A stretch of DNA of 64,000 bases from the NCBI GenBank assembly GCA_900767835.1, contig CAAGAO010000029.1, forward strand, positions 163 through 64,162, given 5' to 3'. The position numbers were made by a program, and so were the translations under genes. Positions 42,901 through 52,276 of this stretch are shown here, piece by piece (within the stretch, counting starts at the first letter, position 1; each line of letters opens with the position of its first letter). This DNA comes from Clostridia bacterium (lineage in GTDB: Bacteria; Bacillota; Clostridia; Christensenellales; UBA1242). The notes beneath the pieces were generated by a model. It did no database searches. It was not told the origin of the DNA and saw only the letters and a list, made by a program, of their open reading frames with translations.

Positions 42901-45520
42901 TTTCATTATAAGATAGAACATTATTATTTTTATCAACAAAAGCAAAGAATTTATATCCCTCACTTGCCTTTGCTGTAAAGGTTGTTTTGCTACCTTTAAC
43001 TACTCTTTCAACAGTTTCATTTGTGCCTGATATTGTATAGTTTTCTTTTCCACTTTCCTTTTGAATGGTTGTATTTATCTCAATTTCGCCACCGACATTA
43101 TTATAAACTGAAAACTCCGTTTTTGCTTCGCCTTGCAAGAATGCCATATCTTTAATGTAAAAACTATGGTCGTCACTGTCAGCTTTTAAGTATGCCAAAT
43201 ATAAATCGGTAACATAATCATCATTTTCTGCACTCACTGGAATTTGGACATAAGACCAACCATTATCATCTGCGGTTATATAGTCGGTTGCAACATTTTT
43301 ATTATACCATAATTTTGTGCTTGCAGACTCAATATAACTATAATTGACTTTATTCATAGTTATTTTTGCACCTATGTTAAATAAAACCGCCATAAACACT
43401 TCATTGCTACTTGAATAAAGACAGCTACCAAACTTCGCATAAAAAGTTAAAACTCCTGAGCCTTTAACTGAAATTTTTAGATTAGAGCATGCGGCCGCTT
43501 TCCAGTCGGAACTGCCATCTAATTTTTTATATGCTTTAGCATTGCCTGGTTTAAATGCATAATTTCCAACACTTGAGCACTCTGGAGCAAACACCCATTC
43601 ATTTTTATTTTCTATATCGCCTATTAAGAAAGTTGTATCATCATTTTCAAAAGTAATATTGTTGGTTAGTTTTAAATCATCAATTGTTGTATCTGATGTC
43701 ATTTTTAAATAAACATAAAAATCATCGGAGTCAGTATAACCGTCTAAAGTTGTTATAATTCTTATAGTGGTATCAATCGTTACATTTTCTAGAATAAAAC
43801 CATTGTAACCAACTGCAAAATCAACACTTGTTTCAACATTATTTACAAAGACTTTTACAACATCGTTTAAATTTTCAAAATCGGAAATTTTTACTGCAAC
43901 CATATTGCTCTTACCAAAAGGCAATGTGATTTCATCTCTATTTTGAACTGTTTTTTGTTCGGTCAAATTGTTCTCAACATACTTTTCTACTGTAACTTCA
44001 CTTGGAGCAATTACCACTTCTTGAAAGTTCAATTTATATGGTATTGTTTCATTATAGAAAATATATTTTCTGCAACAATCTTTACCGCTATCATATCTGC
44101 CGTCTGCCACATACTCTGATGGATAAGTGTAATCGCCATCTATAATGGTAAGACCAGCAAGGGTTGAATAAGTTGTTTTTGTTGTATCTATTGTTGATTG
44201 AATGTTTGAATATGGAACTCTCCAAATATTTTTAGTTTCAAGACCATTAAACACTCTTATTGTATCGCCATTATGATATATCTTATGTTGATATTCAACA
44301 TAGCCAAGTCTGTCATCTAATTCAAGTTTGATGGCAGAAAATTTAAGACCATCAACAACTTGCAAACTTTTAATAATAAACTTGTTTAAATAGTATGTAC
44401 TAAAATCGGTTAATTCCACTTCTAATTTAACATTATGAACACCTGTGCCTTCTATAGGAATGTTTAATGTTTTAAACTTTGCCTTTGATTCATCTTTTAA
44501 ATCCCAAGTAGGAGATGCTGATTCTTCTACAATTTTTTTGCCGTCAACATACACATAAAAGCAACCTCTTAATTCTGTTGAAAAATTTAAAATTAAAGTT
44601 TTTTCACCAATATAAGTTGCTTCATATGTGCAGACTGATTTATTTGAAAAAGTTGCTTTTAAGTTTTCTTTATCCCAAGCGACATTGCTGTCTTTTGTGG
44701 CAAAAATTGGAGTAAGATTAATTTCAGATTCCTTAACAAAACTTGCTATTAGTTTTGTGCTTAGTTCTAGATTTACTTCTAAATCTGTTACACTTGAATA
44801 ATTCTCATTAGTCGCCGAGTCTATCCAACCCGCAAAATAATATCCATTTTCAGCAACTGCTCTTATTGTTGCGGTGTCAGATTTTGTACCAGAAAAACTA
44901 TCTTTTAAGGCAAGTGCATTGTCGTTTATTGCAACCTTGCCACCTTCTTGTGCTTCTACTTGTAATGTTCTTTCTTTATTTATTGCAAAAGGTAGCCCTG
45001 TAATTTCACAAAAATTATATTTTTCATATGAGCCGTATCTGTTTGAATATAAATAATCATAACCTCTATTTGGTCTTTTATAATTTATAGAAATTATATC
45101 ACCTTTTGAAACCGAGCCTGTGTATGTTGCAGTTTGGTCCACTCGTTCAAGAGCTTTAATTTCTGGCAACATATTTATAACATCTGCACCTTTTGTAATA
45201 GTTGCAGTAAAACCCGCATTGCTTAATGAGTATAATCTATATTTAAAAGAAACGTTAATTTCTCCGCCCGTTTCCACTATCATATATAGATTATATACAA
45301 TGTTGTCATCTAAATCTATATCGTAAACATTGTATGTACTCCAAAGATTTTGTGAGTCATCATACTGCCAGTGGCGATTATATTTATTAATTGAATAATC
45401 ATAGGTTGCCGTAACAGCATCGGCATTAACCATGCTTTTATTTTGTGGCAAAAATATTACACCCGATAATAATGTAAAAATTGCCAACAAAGATAATGTT
45501 AAAAAAGATTTCTTTTTCAT
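39980..45520 (-). CDS. Giant surface protein (1846 aa) with signal peptide, beta-helix-like core, MBG-like repeats and C-terminal TM anchor
   Basis: N-terminal signal sequence. A segment AKAGDTIYLLKDTTLTENLTIPSGVKLVMP. Three NAG.Y/VGEY MBG-like units. C-terminal helix LVVSSLVTAVSVLFLISKRK. No LPXTG motif. Confidence 0.75.
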   Translation of the reverse strand: MKKKSFLTLSLLAIFTLLSGVIFLPQNKSMVNADAVTATYDYSINKYNRHWQYDDSQNLWSTYNVYDIDLDDNIVYNLYMIVETGGEINVSFKYRLYSLSNAGFTATITKGADVINMLPEIKALERVDQTATYTGSVSKGDIISINYKRPNRGYDYLYSNRYGSYEKYNFCEITGLPFAINKERTLQVEAQEGGKVAINDNALALKDSFSGTKSDTATIRAVAENGYYFAGWIDSATNENYSSVTDLEVNLELSTKLIASFVKESEINLTPIFATKDSNVAWDKENLKATFSNKSVCTYEATYIGEKTLILNFSTELRGCFYVYVDGKKIVEESASPTWDLKDESKAKFKTLNIPIEGTGVHNVKLEVELTDFSTYYLNKFIIKSLQVVDGLKFSAIKLELDDRLGYVEYQHKIYHNGDTIRVFNGLETKNIWRVPYSNIQSTIDTTKTTYSTLAGLTIIDGDYTYPSEYVADGRYDSGKDCCRKYIFYNETIPYKLNFQEVVIAPSEVTVEKYVENNLTEQKTVQNRDEITLPFGKSNMVAVKISDFENLNDVVKVFVNNVETSVDFAVGYNGFILENVTIDTTIRIITTLDGYTDSDDFYVYLKMTSDTTIDDLKLTNNITFENDDTTFLIGDIENKNEWVFAPECSSVGNYAFKPGNAKAYKKLDGSSDWKAAACSNLKISVKGSGVLTFYAKFGSCLYSSSNEVFMAVLFNIGAKITMNKVNYSYIESASTKLWYNKNVATDYITADDNGWSYVQIPVSAENDDYVTDLYLAYLKADSDDHSFYIKDMAFLQGEAKTEFSVYNNVGGEIEINTTIQKESGKENYTISGTNETVERVVKGSKTTFTAKASEGYKFFAFVDKNNNVLSYNETYSISQVDDFVIKAVFLKTSDVARIGFDTYSSLKDAINNAKAGDTIYLLKDTTLTENLTIPSGVKLVMPIEIDGTYTQVGTTKNAQSTASFNNPEKYLLNTLTINSGVALTIDGELIIGAVQHYVEQFAQGITSGKYNQILNNGNIIVNGELRVYGLIDGTGKIELNDGATLYEPYLVNNFSGGTDTEALYNANQFPFEQYDTINIRTELKINYDAKVIGMTSLYFWGSTHIQDVDLVGKEVGLIQLTMPNSYIVSTFNKDKFLKNGSNIDLSDSGKRTLHIYGGALAGNFSIQGYGSKGMYLAIPYTFDIYLHNGTYEIPEGYGYKVMPGANLVVGTDATLNVNGKLLVYNTFKSSDMDGKIYPSTQNLTDYGFDINGVFVVNGILNINGTFAGYIQSKVVNATINVKEKAILDIDVVNGAKSEYDCNIVKFNLKAKIITENGDFVTIEKNKSYKATSTGTLQATKTIFNYVINTIKDDADSTLTTKLGETIRYHKMITYNDDSSITISGVWVEGHEHSYVIDTITYATETANGYVKYHCSNNTCNCVVEKTLLYLPTILGTYTYTGEEIKVLFNNFDENTMEIVNPQIFKNAGQYQIKTTLKDFENYAWSRENFLDNILELNFAIDKKQTQIEYFNVADGTGSIKENNVLEVVYSGNEYNVVGFTQDGRRVEVTYLSSTSRINVGEYIVKLVAKENENYKKVELEITLRIVKKYYNYTFENKQIDYNGIPKNVGEFIPVDFDKNYTIKVVCEEKTVDEIVNAGEYKFIITINESNYYGEYIFYVTINKVNVVFNLEEVKGKLIVKANSISFASLNNIEYSIDGNNYFAGAKTFDSLNALQTYRIYVKHLGDSNHNDTIKTFKQKTTRSVNDVNNLIDRLPEEMNVKKETFDLFKQINSTILEVSSYEQDQINKTKLNEKIVEYNKLVEKVNDIANEAKVVANNTINIYLVVSSLVTAVSVLFLISKRKILG

Positions 45521-45698
45521 AAGTTTCTCCTTTTATTTTTTGTTAATTAAAGTAATATTTTCAATTTCAGTCTACCAAACAAAGTTATACGATGTCAAAT
45601 TTATTAAGTTTTGTTTTTACCTATTTAATAGATGTGTATTTTTTTATAGATTAATATGTATTTAAAGCAAAATAATGAATTATTAAAACAATTTTTTT

Positions 45699-48600
45699 TT
45701 AATGATTCATATATTCATAGGCTTCGCCAGATGCAAAATCATTTATTTGTTTTTGTACCGAAAAATTTTCGTTGGAATATAGCATAAATCTAAATGGTTG
45801 TTTACCAGACGCCATTTCTAAAATATTTTGTTTACGTGCATCATTTAATATACTAAAGTCTATTAAGTGTTGGTCAAGTGTCGCACCCGTATAATCGGTT
45901 TTGTTTACTATACTATAATTTTTGCCACCACCATAAAGGGCAATTCCGCCATGAACATATTGTTCATCATTATACATCGTTGTAAGTGTTTTATATTTTT
46001 CTTGCTCGCTTGCATTTTTTATAATTTTTTGGAAATCAAAACTTAGCCCAAAAGAGTCCGTTCCTACCGTTTCTATCAAGGTTGAACTATCCACATTAGC
46101 GACTTTTTTCCAGTCATAAATACGCACATCACCTATTAAATTTAATATGCTAGGATAACTTGTGCCTGCTATATCATACCAACCGTAATCTTTCAACTTC
46201 CAAGAATTATAACTCTCACCCGCAAGGCATGGTCCTGCGAATTTGGTTTCTATGCCTATTGCAAAAATGCCACTTTCTGAAAGCATACTACTATTTAAAT
46301 TTACAATAGTTTTAACATAATTTTGCATAAAATCGGCATTATTTATGTTTGCATCATTGCGATACATAAAGCCCGCCAAGTTTGGTGATGCTTTATTAAA
46401 TTTTTGTGCAAGTGTTGTTGCTGTGCTGATATCACCTAAAATGTGTTTGTTTGTACCCATTTTTAAAATGAACTCACGAGCCGAACGTAGTACACATTTG
46501 TTTATGTTTACTGTAATTTGTTTATCGCTATTTTCATAGTCGCCAAACACTCTTAAAACATTTCTGCCGTTTTGGATATAACAACCATTTAAAGTAACAT
46601 TGTTACCCATAACTTCACAAGTTGTGCCAATATAATTTAGTTTAGTTAAATCGTCCACATTGTCGCAACCTTTAAGTTCAATGTTGTTTATTGATATGTT
46701 AGAGTTTCTTATTAAGAATACAATATTATCTTGCGCTTTGACGCTTGCAACATTATTTAGTGCGACCATATCTAATGGACCTTTAAATTTTGCAAAAGAT
46801 AATGGTTTGTTTGTGATGTCAGTTAGGTTGGTTATATATTCTGCATTTAATGTATGTCCGTTGCCATATACATTATTTTTAAACTCTACACAATAGTTAA
46901 TTTGTGGTCTTTCCTTATTATTGTTTTTATAATATGTCCAATCTGCAGTTGTGTAAATTTGTTTAACTTCGCGCTCTAGTATTTCTTGTGCTTTTGCTTC
47001 CGTAATGCCATCTACCAAGTTTGTAGCAGAAGATGTCTTGTTTATAAGTTTTGTTCCGAGCATTATATCGTTTTGAATTGCAACTTGCTGACCAAGGTCG
47101 GTTGCTAGCATCAAATCGCTATAATTATATACATTAACACCATTTATGCAGTAAATTTTTAGATTTTCTTGCAATTTATCGTTAATTTTGTCGCAATTTT
47201 TATTTTTTAATGTTAAGGTAACTTCGCCATCTCCCACTATTTTTAATTTGCCATTTTGCATATAAGCAATATTTTCATTTGATGATGTGATTTCAATTAA
47301 TTCTTGATTTACCTTTGTTGATTCCGAATAAATTTTAAACTCATACAAATTATCTTCAATTTGATTATTGTTTACAATTTTGTTGCCTAAAGTCCAAAGC
47401 CCTGCATTATGCCACCTATAATTCTCACTCTCCGAAAAGCGAAGACTTGTATATGCTTCCAACACTTCTATATCTTTCCCAAAACTAAAAAGTATTTTAG
47501 AGTTATAGTAGCATTCAATAGTTATGGTAACTTTGCCAGACTGCCTAGCCCTATAGAACATAGTATCTTGAGATAAGTTGTTTACTTCTAAAATTTGACT
47601 ATTATTTGATTTTGCTCTGAAATAATAATTGCTATCTTCAATTATATGGCTAACTGCAAAATTCCCTGTTGAAAATGTTTCTAATGGCGATTTCGTGATA
47701 TATTCTTTTAAATTTATTATTTCGCAATCTTCTGCTGATATATATTCGTTTTTATTTATAGTTAAAGTTGAAATTGTCGTGTTTAAATAATTTAAATTAA
47801 TTATTATCTTACCGTAATAATCTTCTTTTAATGTACAAAGAACTGTATATTCTAGGACATTGTCATGTATTTCGTAAGATTTATCAAAATTTACAATTAA
47901 AGCGGTATCGTATACAAAAGAAAAATCTTCTATTCCACTTATACTTGTAAATTTGTTTAAATTCACTATCGCAGAAAAAGTTACTGTGCTTGTAACTATT
48001 TTTACTGCACTATTTTCTTGTCCATTTATTAGTGCTACCTTATCCTCAGATATAGGTTTTACATTTATTGTCGTTTGTTTTGTAAATTCATTATCTCCAC
48101 TTTTCACTTTTGTTGTGACTACAGCCTGCCCATTGCTTTTTGCAAGAGATGAACCCGTGACGGAATTTATACTTAAAACTTTCTCATTGTTTGACATAAA
48201 ACTTACACTATCGTATTGTAAATTTTCTGGAATAGTTGTAATAGAAAAAATTATATTTTCACCTATGTCTAAATTATATATACCTGAACTGTGTAGTAAT
48301 GAATCATCTTTATTGGAAGTGACTTTTATGTCTAAAATTTTACTTGAAATTGTTTTTACACGAATTGAAGTCTTATAATTACCATCGACACTTCTTGCCG
48401 TGATTCTTATTTCACCCAAACCGTCAAAAGTTGCTGAATCTTGTTCTATTAAACAAGAAACATTATCGCTTTCTTTAACCTTTTCCCACGAGTAAGAAAT
48501 ATCTTGATTGGTTGCATTTTTAGGGTACACTTCAGCATTTAATATAATCATATTTGAGTCTGCCAAATCTAAAACCGTATATTCCTCATTTATAAACCTA

Positions 48601-48713
48601 ACACCAGCAACCGACACATCAGTTTTTAAACTAACATATTTTGTAAGCGAAAACATAACTAAAATCAGCACAAGAGGGACTGCCATAATGAATAAGATAA
48701 TTTTATTCTTCAT
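45699..48713 (-). CDS. Surface protein (1004 aa) with N-terminal TM anchor, Big_2-like Ig domains and right-handed beta-helix region
   Basis: A Big_2-like segment VAGVRFINEEYTVLDL...NAEVYPKNATNQDISYSW. A beta-helix-like segment NISINNIELKGCDN...VTLNGCYIQNGRN. The start overlaps the permease stop by 11 nt. Confidence 0.7.
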   Translation of the reverse strand: MKNKIILFIMAVPLVLILVMFSLTKYVSLKTDVSVAGVRFINEEYTVLDLADSNMIILNAEVYPKNATNQDISYSWEKVKESDNVSCLIEQDSATFDGLGEIRITARSVDGNYKTSIRVKTISSKILDIKVTSNKDDSLLHSSGIYNLDIGENIIFSITTIPENLQYDSVSFMSNNEKVLSINSVTGSSLAKSNGQAVVTTKVKSGDNEFTKQTTINVKPISEDKVALINGQENSAVKIVTSTVTFSAIVNLNKFTSISGIEDFSFVYDTALIVNFDKSYEIHDNVLEYTVLCTLKEDYYGKIIINLNYLNTTISTLTINKNEYISAEDCEIINLKEYITKSPLETFSTGNFAVSHIIEDSNYYFRAKSNNSQILEVNNLSQDTMFYRARQSGKVTITIECYYNSKILFSFGKDIEVLEAYTSLRFSESENYRWHNAGLWTLGNKIVNNNQIEDNLYEFKIYSESTKVNQELIEITSSNENIAYMQNGKLKIVGDGEVTLTLKNKNCDKINDKLQENLKIYCINGVNVYNYSDLMLATDLGQQVAIQNDIMLGTKLINKTSSATNLVDGITEAKAQEILEREVKQIYTTADWTYYKNNNKERPQINYCVEFKNNVYGNGHTLNAEYITNLTDITNKPLSFAKFKGPLDMVALNNVASVKAQDNIVFLIRNSNISINNIELKGCDNVDDLTKLNYIGTTCEVMGNNVTLNGCYIQNGRNVLRVFGDYENSDKQITVNINKCVLRSAREFILKMGTNKHILGDISTATTLAQKFNKASPNLAGFMYRNDANINNADFMQNYVKTIVNLNSSMLSESGIFAIGIETKFAGPCLAGESYNSWKLKDYGWYDIAGTSYPSILNLIGDVRIYDWKKVANVDSSTLIETVGTDSFGLSFDFQKIIKNASEQEKYKTLTTMYNDEQYVHGGIALYGGGKNYSIVNKTDYTGATLDQHLIDFSILNDARKQNILEMASGKQPFRFMLYSNENFSVQKQINDFASGEAYEYMNH

Positions 48714-50355
48714 ATTTTACACCCCCGTTATTTAAATTTCGAACAAAATACCATATACTTAATATCAAAACTAAAATTGCCACAATTAAAGGGAAAACAT
48801 AGAGCATAAATTTGCTAAGGTTATTGCCTTTAAGTAAATTAAATATTGAATATAAAACAATTATTCCAACTAAAATAATTGTCGCAAAAAATGACAATAT
48901 TAAGCATATGTTTGAACTAGGAGTTGCAGTATCAGGCTCTCCTTTTGTGTTTTTTGCAAAAACTGGGTGTTTTAAATCATATATTGTGGCAAATAAATTT
49001 TCGGCAAGAGATAAACACTCAACAACAAAAGTAATGCCTAACGCCTGCCAAATTGTTATGTAACCATAACCAACTAAAACAAACGAACTAACTAAAACAG
49101 AAAATGATGAAACAATAAAGCATAATGTTATTTTAGGAAGTAAGATTTGGTAATTGGTTAAAGGTAATAATTTTAAATTATAAAAATTTTTGCCCTCGCG
49201 AGATATGCTAGATGCACAAAATGTGTTTGTTAAAAGAGCAAACATACAAAGCACAAAGAATGATATTTGATAACCTAAATCTAAATAAACTAAATTTTTT
49301 ACAAGTCCCGATAAAAGTCTTGTACATAGAAGTGCCAAAATAGGCAAATCTATTGCCATTGCGAAAAGCGAAAATGCAAAACTTGGTGTGCGTATAATTG
49401 ATTTTATTTCTTTATTAAACAAACTCAAAAACCAACCATTTTGTTTTATGTGCTTTTTTACTCTATAAACTTTGTTATTTATGTAAGAGTTCTTTGATAG
49501 ATAATTAAACAATTTTGCAAAGGCAAAGACGACAATTACAGCCCCAACCACAATAAATAATAAAAGTATTAAAATTGCTACAAATCTATTGTTCCCTAAC
49601 AGAAAATCACTTAAAAAATTGGCTGGGAAAGCAAAATTTGCTATTTTTTCTATAATTTTATACTTTCTTTCATCAAAAAAACTGTTTAAATTCCCCGACA
49701 CCAATAAAGCATTTAACGCATTTAAAAATTTACCATATACATATATAACTAATGCCATTATGGCAGAATATGTAATAATTAATGTAATATATCTTGCTTG
49801 CATAAATTTTTTGAGATAGTAATAAGGTACAACTAAGATGCAAGCAATGGCAATAGCAATAAGTGGCACAATAAACATTGTCAAAAATAAGCCAAAATAA
49901 AACATAACCGTTTGATGGCAAATAACACCAAACACTATTCCAAAAGGAAGAACTGTTAAAAAACCAGAAATAAATTGCCAAAATAAAATACTCGTCAATT
50001 TATAAACAAAAAGGGTGCTATCTTTTATTGGTAATATGTAGTATTTTTCCATATCGTTATTGCCTACAATTTTTTTATAGATATTTTTGACTGCAGTAAA
50101 AATATTAATAATAATGACAACCAAAAATGTAATAGTTAAAAGTTCGTTTTGTCTTTGCAATGTGTTTGAAGGACTATTATTTATATATCCTTTTGATAAG
50201 GCAATATACAAAACAAGACCACTTATAAGCAAAAGTGCCATAAACAAAAAGTACAAAAAATAACCAAACTTTCCGTATGTGTTTTGTTTAGTTTTAAATT
50301 TGTTTTTAATTTCTTGTATATCCTTTTTATATAAGCACCTTAATTGTTCTTTCAA
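48703..50355 (-). CDS. ABC exporter permease (polytopic, ABC-2-like)
   Basis: 550 aa with about 12 hydrophobic helices. TTG start preceded by GGAG at 5 nt. Downstream of the ABC ATPase gene. Confidence 0.6.
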   Translation of the reverse strand: MKEQLRCLYKKDIQEIKNKFKTKQNTYGKFGYFLYFLFMALLLISGLVLYIALSKGYINNSPSNTLQRQNELLTITFLVVIIINIFTAVKNIYKKIVGNNDMEKYYILPIKDSTLFVYKLTSILFWQFISGFLTVLPFGIVFGVICHQTVMFYFGLFLTMFIVPLIAIAIACILVVPYYYLKKFMQARYITLIITYSAIMALVIYVYGKFLNALNALLVSGNLNSFFDERKYKIIEKIANFAFPANFLSDFLLGNNRFVAILILLLFIVVGAVIVVFAFAKLFNYLSKNSYINNKVYRVKKHIKQNGWFLSLFNKEIKSIIRTPSFAFSLFAMAIDLPILALLCTRLLSGLVKNLVYLDLGYQISFFVLCMFALLTNTFCASSISREGKNFYNLKLLPLTNYQILLPKITLCFIVSSFSVLVSSFVLVGYGYITIWQALGITFVVECLSLAENLFATIYDLKHPVFAKNTKGEPDTATPSSNICLILSFFATIILVGIIVLYSIFNLLKGNNLSKFMLYVFPLIVAILVLILSIWYFVRNLNNGGVKYEE

Positions 50356-50410
50356 GTTTACTCCATTATAAAAGTATTAAATTAATTAAAAATTTCAATT
50401 TTTTATTAAT

Positions 50411-50443
50411 TTTTGCTATATTTTTGCTATATTTTTGCTATAT
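50411..50443. repeat. 3 x 11-nt perfect tandem repeat TTTTGCTATAT
   Basis: Spans the stop codon of the ABC ATPase gene (...ENIAKI*). Confidence 0.8.
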
Positions 50444-51158
50444 TTTCAATAAAATATTGTTCTAAAGATTTTCCATTATGCTCATTAGTAAAGTTTTTAA
50501 CTTCACATTCTTCTACTATTTCACCTTTTTGTATTATATAAATTCTATCACATATTTTTTCCACAATATGCAAATCATGAGAAGAAAAAATTACTGTTTT
50601 TTTATGCGTTATGTAGTCTAACATTAATTGCTCAACCTCATAAGTTGTTGATGCATCTAGTCCAGTAAAAGGTTCATCTAAAATCCAAACATTTGGTTGA
50701 TAAATTAACACCCCCATAATGCATATTTTTTGTTTCATACCAAAAGAGTACGAACTAATTAAACTGTTAATTTTATCTCCAAGTTTAAAAGTTTGTTCTA
50801 ATGCCTCTAGCCTTTTCTTGCGAATATCTGCTGGAACTTTAAATATATCTGCCATAAAATTTACATACTCAAAGCCAGTCATATTTTCAAAAACCGAATG
50901 GTCGTCCGAAATATAACCAAATTGTTTTTTTGCGTCAATGCTTTGAGTTTTTATATTGAACCCATTTATTAAAATTTCGCCTTCAGAAAAATCTAAAAGT
51001 CCAACAAGACATTTAAGTAATGTGCTTTTACCCGCACCATTACCGCCAACAATACCAACAATTTCTCCAGGCTTGCATGTAAAATTTGCATTTTTTAATG
51101 AAAAATAACTATTATTTTTATATTTTTTTGATAAATTTTTAATTTCTACCATTTCCAA
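50427..51158 (-). CDS. ABC transporter ATP-binding protein
   Basis: Walker A GGNGAGKST, signature-like SYSFGMKQK, Walker B VWILDEP and an H-loop SSHD. Confidence 0.9.
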   Translation of the reverse strand: MEMVEIKNLSKKYKNNSYFSLKNANFTCKPGEIVGIVGGNGAGKSTLLKCLVGLLDFSEGEILINGFNIKTQSIDAKKQFGYISDDHSVFENMTGFEYVNFMADIFKVPADIRKKRLEALEQTFKLGDKINSLISSYSFGMKQKICIMGVLIYQPNVWILDEPFTGLDASTTYEVEQLMLDYITHKKTVIFSSHDLHIVEKICDRIYIIQKGEIVEECEVKNFTNEHNGKSLEQYFIENIAKI

Positions 51159-51376
51159 ACCTTATATTACCTAATTTTTACTACTTTTTTGTTTATTACT
51201 TAAAGTATATTTTACCATAATTATATATATTTTACAAATTAATTACCTAGACAAATTTTAGCATTTTAAAAATACAAAATTAAAATAACATATGTCGAAA
51301 TATAAAACAATTAATCGAGTTTTTAGCAAGATAAAAAAGTTTTAACAAAATAAGATAAATTTTCATAAAGAAAAGT

Positions 51377-52276
51377 ATGAAAAAAATATTATACAGCGGT
51401 GTTGGGACCGCACTTATAACCCCTTTTAAAAATGAAAAAGTTGATTATAACTCTTTAGAATTGTTAATTGAAAAACAGCTTAACGCAAATATAGATGCTC
51501 TAATTATTTTAGGAACGACTGGAGAGCCAGCAACCATACCACCAAAAGAAAGAAAAGAAATTATTAATTTTTGTAAAAAAGCAACCAACAACAAAACTAA
51601 ACTAATTATTGGTTGCGGATCTAACGATACGCAAAAAGCAATAAAACTCTATAATCAAGCAGAAGAAATGGGAGCAGATGGAGCATTAATTGTGACTCCT
51701 TATTACAACAAATGTTCACAAAACGGTTTAGTAGAACATTATAAAAAAATAAGTGAGAATGGGAGTTTGCCCATTATTGTTTATAACGTCCCAAGTAGAA
51801 CGGGAGTAAATATTTTACCTGATACAATGAAGTCTCTTACAAGTATCAAAAATATATGTGGATTAAAAGAGGCAAACGGAAATATAAATCAAATCTTAGA
51901 CGATTTTGCACAATGCAACCTAATAACAGCAATATATTCGGGCGAAGATTTATTGAATAGTATATTTTATACTCTTGGCGGGAGTGGTTGTATTTCGGTT
52001 GTTAGCAATATATTCCCTAAATTATGTAAGAAAATTTTTGAATTAAATAAAAGTCATCTATATGATAATATGTTCATATTGCAACAACGATTACTGCCTT
52101 TTACAAAAGCATTATTTAGAGAAGTTAATCCTATTGGAATAAAAGCAGGGCTAAATTATTTAGGTTTATGTAAAAATGAGTTAAGACTCCCCTTGACCCC
52201 TATTTTAAACGAAAATTTTGAAACATTAAAGATGGAGATTAATAAAGTTGTAGGTCTAGAAAATGATTGTATGTAA
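51377..52276 (+). CDS. dapA: 4-hydroxy-tetrahydrodipicolinate synthase
   Basis: GTTGE, YNVPSRTG and GLKEANG (Schiff-base Lys) motifs. 299 aa. Confidence 0.9.
   Translation: MKKILYSGVGTALITPFKNEKVDYNSLELLIEKQLNANIDALIILGTTGEPATIPPKERKEIINFCKKATNNKTKLIIGCGSNDTQKAIKLYNQAEEMGADGALIVTPYYNKCSQNGLVEHYKKISENGSLPIIVYNVPSRTGVNILPDTMKSLTSIKNICGLKEANGNINQILDDFAQCNLITAIYSGEDLLNSIFYTLGGSGCISVVSNIFPKLCKKIFELNKSHLYDNMFILQQRLLPFTKALFREVNPIGIKAGLNYLGLCKNELRLPLTPILNENFETLKMEINKVVGLENDCM

Noticed and set aside
51159-51376. Lysine riboswitch (L-box) upstream of dapA/aspartokinase
   Set aside because: The leader is almost pure A/T, without the G-rich conserved helices of an L-box.
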